Positions 14,847-18,258 of a stretch of 18,258 nt of DNA are shown in pieces. Below the pieces are notes generated by a model. The model worked only from the letters and a program-made list of their open reading frames with translations, was not told the origin of the DNA and ran no database searches. The translations under genes were made by a program, and so were the position numbers. The DNA is from Deltaproteobacteria bacterium (lineage in GTDB: Bacteria; Desulfobacterota; Binatia; UBA12015): contig JAYGCM010000039.1 in assembly GCA_046583355.1 (NCBI GenBank), positions 1-18,258 of the forward strand, read 5' to 3'. The first letter of the stretch is position 1, and every line of letters starts with the position of its first letter.

Positions 14847-15628
14847 ATGAGGGCCGCATCGGTGGGCCGGACCCGCACCTCCCGTCGGGACGATTGCTCT
14901 GCATCGGCGATATTCACGGTTGCGCGCGGGAGTTGGAAATTCTCCTGGACGCGGTGGCACCGGGCCCCTCGGATCGGCTGGTCTTTCTCGGCGATTATAT
15001 CGATCGCGGTCCCGACTCCGCTGCCGTGGTCGAGCGCATCGTGGCGCTGCGCGAACAATTGCCGGCGACCATCTGCCTGCGTGGCAATCACGAGGAGATG
15101 CTGCTCGGTTTCCTCGGCCTCGATGGCTCGCGTCCGGAAGTTTTTGTCGGGGTCGGCGGAGCCGCCACGCTCAAGAGTTACGATTTGGCGCCGGCCCAGT
15201 GGACGCCCGCGGGTCTGCGCGAGGTCCTGCCGGCCTCGCACCTCGAGTTTTTCTGCGAGGCGTTGCAACTCAGTTTCGCCGCAGGACCCTTCGTTTTCGT
15301 GCATGCGGGCGTTCGCGCGGGGGTCGCCTTGGCCGAGCAGGTGCGGGAGGATCTCCTCTGGATTCGCGAGGATTTCCTCTCCTGCGATCATGGCCTGAAA
15401 CAGACGGTGATCTTCGGGCACACCCCGCAGCGGCGTGCCTTATTCGCCCCGCGCCGCCGGATCGCGATGGATTCCGGGTGTGTTTATGGCGGCTATCTTT
15501 CGTGTCTTGATCTGAGCGGAGGCGAAATCCACGAGGTATGTCGCGGCGGTGACGCTGCCTCTACCCGCGGGGTTGCAGCCGAGCTCCTGGTCGCGGGGGT
15601 CCCGGAGAACTGGACCTCGGCAGCCTGA
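14843..15628 (+). CDS. PPP-family metallophosphoesterase (Ser/Thr protein phosphatase, PrpA/ApaH-like)
   Basis: IGDIHG, LGDYIDRG, LRGNHE, FVHAG, FGHTP, DSGCVYGG; GTGA overlap with meaB. Confidence 0.93.
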   Translation: MNEGRIGGPDPHLPSGRLLCIGDIHGCARELEILLDAVAPGPSDRLVFLGDYIDRGPDSAAVVERIVALREQLPATICLRGNHEEMLLGFLGLDGSRPEVFVGVGGAATLKSYDLAPAQWTPAGLREVLPASHLEFFCEALQLSFAAGPFVFVHAGVRAGVALAEQVREDLLWIREDFLSCDHGLKQTVIFGHTPQRRALFAPRRRIAMDSGCVYGGYLSCLDLSGGEIHEVCRGGDAASTRGVAAELLVAGVPENWTSAA

Positions 15629-15657
15629 TTTACAAGAGCAATTGGCGTTGTTACCAC
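15629..15657 (+). promoter_or_regulatory. Candidate sigma70-type promoter of tRNA-Met
   Basis: TTTACA-N17-TACCAC with TGn extended -10, followed by a GC-rich discriminator. Confidence 0.4.
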
Positions 15658-15675
15658 GCCCTGTTCGGGTCGCGT

Positions 15676-15748
15676 GGCGGCGTAGCTCAGTTGGTAGAGC
15701 TAGGGTCTCATAATCCCTGTGTCGGCAGTTCAATTCTGCCCGCCGTCA
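15676..15748 (+). tRNA. tRNA-Met (CAT), probably elongator
   Basis: Acceptor GGCGGCG/CGCCGTC; D-arm GCTC..GAGC; anticodon arm AGGGT-CTCATAA-TCCCT (U31:U39); T-arm GGCAG-TTCAATT-CTGCC; G1-C72 paired so not initiator; CCA not encoded. Confidence 0.93.
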
Positions 15749-15758
15749 CTTCGCCGCA

Positions 15759-15790
15759 CCGGAGGGGCCGCCAATAGGTGGTCCTTCCGG
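15759..15790 (+). terminator. 14-bp hairpin after tRNA-Met (no U-tract)
   Basis: CCGGAGGGGCCGCC-aata-GGTGGTCCTTCCGG pairs fully when G:U is allowed. Confidence 0.5.
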
Positions 15791-15861
15791 TCGCCGGCAC
15801 CTGGAATCGGCGACCTTGGTTCGGGTGGTGCACTTTTCGGCCGGACCTCTAGTCTCTGGTT

Positions 15862-17337
15862 GTGGGGAGAGAAGCGGAGTTCGAGCGCGCGCTATTGGCG
15901 GTGCTGGTGGGCGCGGGACGTATCGTGCCGGGCGCGCGGATCTTGGTCGCGGTCTCCGGCGGCGCTGATTCCTGTGCGCTCCTGGCGGGGCTCGTCGCGC
16001 TGGGCGAGCGGCATGACTTTCCGCTGCGTCTTGGCGTAGCCCATATCGACCATGGTCTCCGCGGTGCGGCGAGCCGGCAAGACGCCCAATTTGTCGCAGA
16101 CCTCGCTGCGAGCTTCGGTTTGCCCTTTTTCCTCGCCGAGGTTCGGCTCGGCACGACGCGCGCCAATCTGGAAGAGCGCGCGCGCGACGCTCGACTTGCG
16201 GCGCTGCGCGGTATCGCCGGGGCGTGGCGTGCCAGCGCGATCGCGTTGGGGCATACGCGCGATGATCAGGCCGAGACTTTCCTGATGCGCCTGGCCCGCG
16301 GTGCCGGGGTGGCCTCGCTCGGCGCCATGGAGGTGCGGCGCGCCGATGGGCTGCTGCGGCCTCTTCTTTTGCAGTCGCGTGCGGCCGGGCGTGCCTACCT
16401 TGGCTCGCGTGGCCTGGCCTGGTCCGAGGATGAATCCAATTCTTCGCCTGCGTTTTTCCGCAACCGCGTACGTCACGAACTGATGCCCGTTCTGGATCGT
16501 GTCCTCGGGGTGGATGCGGGTGCCCGGCTTGCGCGGCTGGCCGAGGAGTTGCGGGTGGAGAGTGAGTTGGCGGCGGCCGAAATCGCGCGTCAGCTTGGTG
16601 CCGACGCCTTGCGCCTCGGCCAAGGCGCGCGGGCCGCTACCTCCGGGGCCGCCTTATCGATCGCTGCCCTGCAGAGCGCCGGCCCCGCCGCAGGACGATT
16701 GCTGCATGCCTGGATTACAGAGGCCGGCATACGGCTGAGCGCGCGCCAGGTCGCCCAGGCCCTCGGGTTGGCGGGTGCCGAGCGGCCCAGCGGCGAGGTC
16801 GCGCTGGTCGGCGGTTGGCGGCTACGCCGGCGCTATGCGGCGCTCCACCTGATTGAGCCGCACGAGGTTGCCCGGCTGGCGCGCCTCGCCGATGGATGGA
16901 AGGAAGTGGTTCTTCCGGTCCCGAGTGTTCACGAATTGCCCAATGGCATGCGCCTGGCCGCGGCGATTGGCGGGGCCCTTATGCCGCGCACGGATCTTCC
17001 TGCGCCGTCACCGCCTGCGAGTTATGACCCCTCCGTAGGCGGCGCCGAGTTGCGCTTCAGCCACGCTCACTTCCCCGCGCCGCTGGTGGCACGGCCGCTG
17101 CGACCTGGTGATAGGATTGCCCTGCGCGGAGGCCATCGCAAACTCGCGGACCTCTTGGTCGACCGGCGAGTGCCGCGCGATCTGCGGCCGGGCCTGATTG
17201 TGGTGGCGTCCGGGGCCGAGATCCTCTGGGTTCCCGGCGTAGCGGCGAATCGCCGGGCGCTTGTCTCGGGCGGCGGCGAAATCGTCGTGTTAACCTGCGT
17301 TTCTCAGCAGGCATGCCCGCAAGAGCTCCCGGATTGA
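15862..17337 (+). CDS. tilS: tRNA(Ile)-lysidine synthetase
   Basis: VAVSGGADS PP-loop, HIDHGLR, GHTRDDQAETFLMRLARG, DESN, RNRVR, C-terminal RPGDR...KLADLLVDRRVP; upstream of ftsH. Confidence 0.95.
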   Translation: MGREAEFERALLAVLVGAGRIVPGARILVAVSGGADSCALLAGLVALGERHDFPLRLGVAHIDHGLRGAASRQDAQFVADLAASFGLPFFLAEVRLGTTRANLEERARDARLAALRGIAGAWRASAIALGHTRDDQAETFLMRLARGAGVASLGAMEVRRADGLLRPLLLQSRAAGRAYLGSRGLAWSEDESNSSPAFFRNRVRHELMPVLDRVLGVDAGARLARLAEELRVESELAAAEIARQLGADALRLGQGARAATSGAALSIAALQSAGPAAGRLLHAWITEAGIRLSARQVAQALGLAGAERPSGEVALVGGWRLRRRYAALHLIEPHEVARLARLADGWKEVVLPVPSVHELPNGMRLAAAIGGALMPRTDLPAPSPPASYDPSVGGAELRFSHAHFPAPLVARPLRPGDRIALRGGHRKLADLLVDRRVPRDLRPGLIVVASGAEILWVPGVAANRRALVSGGGEIVVLTCVSQQACPQELPD

Positions 17338-17401
17338 GTTGCCGGATGGCCCGCTGGTGTGTAAATAAAGTACCGAGTTTACGAGTTAAATTGGACATCC
17401 A

Positions 17402-18258
17402 TTGAATCAATTTTCGAGAAATCTTCTGCTCTGGCTGGTGCTTGGGCTTCTTTTCATGCTGCTTTTCCAGATCTTCTCCAAGCAGCAGGAGCCCGAACCC
17501 GAGCGCGATTATAGCGAATTCTCCGCGGCCTTGGACCGTGGCGAAATTCGCGAGGTCCTGATCCAGGGCCGGCATATTAGCGGTCAATACACTGATGGCG
17601 ACTCCTTCACGACCTACGATCCTGGCGATACCGACCTGGTCACCCGCCTGCGCGAGAAATCCGTCACCATCCAGGCGCGGCCGGAAGATGGCGACCCCTG
17701 GTACGTGATTCTGCTGGTGCAATGGTTCCCGATGCTGCTGCTGATCGGCGTATGGATCTTCTTCATGCGCCAGATGCAGGGCGGGGGTGGCAAAGCGATG
17801 TCCTTCGGCAAGAGCCGGGCGCGTCTGCTCAACGAGGCACAGCAAAAGAATACTTTTGATGACGTCGCCGGTGTGCCGGAGGCGAAAGAAGAGCTTGAGG
17901 AAATCATTGCTTTCCTCAAGGACCCCAAGAAATTCACCCGATTGGGTGGCCGCATTCCCAAGGGCGTCCTTCTGGTCGGCCCTCCGGGGACCGGCAAGAC
18001 GCTGCTGGCGCGCGCGATTGCGGGCGAGGCAGATGTTCCCTTCTTCTCGATCGCGGGCTCCGATTTCGTCGAGATGTTTGTCGGCGTCGGTGCCTCGCGT
18101 GTCCGCGACCTCTTCGTCCAGGGCAAAAAGAACGCACCCTGTATTATTTTCATTGACGAAATCGATGCGGTCGGGCGCCAGCGCGGCGCCGGGCTGGGCG
18201 GCGGCCACGACGAACGCGAGCAAACCCTCAATCAGTTGCTTGTTGAAATGGATGGTTT
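17402..18258 (+). CDS. ftsH: ATP-dependent zinc metalloprotease FtsH, N-terminal part (3' truncated; absent from ORF track because it has no stop in the window)
   Basis: Hand translation from TTG 17402: [15 protein letters not shown]..., [107 protein letters not shown]. Confidence 0.97.
   Translation, partial: MNQFSRNLLLWLVLGLLFMLLFQIFSKQQEPEPERDYSEFSAALDRGEIREVLIQGRHISGQYTDGDSFTTYDPGDTDLVTRLREKSVTIQARPEDGDPWYVILLVQWFPMLLLIGVWIFFMRQMQGGGGKAMSFGKSRARLLNEAQQKNTFDDVAGVPEAKEELEEIIAFLKDPKKFTRLGGRIPKGVLLVGPPGTGKTLLARAIAGEADVPFFSIAGSDFVEMFVGVGASRVRDLFVQGKKNAPCIIFIDEIDAVGRQRGAGLGGGHDEREQTLNQLLVEMDG

Noticed and set aside
17057..18223. 388-aa minus-strand ORF
   Set aside because: Antisense of ftsH, which is the real gene on the plus strand

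Overview
High-GC bacterial chromosomal segment with no mobile elements or CRISPR. Gene content suggests a deltaproteobacterial-type lineage, possibly Candidatus Binatia/Binatota (inference only). Order: 'pheT-ihfA (+); a minus-strand unit made of a candidate sigma54 promoter, an unannotated 31-aa membrane microprotein and a conserved hypothetical; tRNA-Pro(GGG); M23/NlpD-like lipoprotein, apt and an orphan FrhB/FpoF-like F420 oxidoreductase (+); a convergent F420 biosynthesis operon cofG-cofH-cofD-cofE (-; no cofC in the window); a sigma54 signalling cluster; lipB-meaB-PPP phosphatase; tRNA-Met(CAT); tilS; ftsH'. The signalling cluster comprises an NtrC-type response regulator, a hybrid of a degenerate AAA+ domain and a His-retaining pseudo-kinase, a small 2-TM protein, and a divergent sensor-less enhancer-binding protein. 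The most unusual items are this hybrid and its cluster, the hidden microprotein operon, and the F420 producer/consumer pairing.
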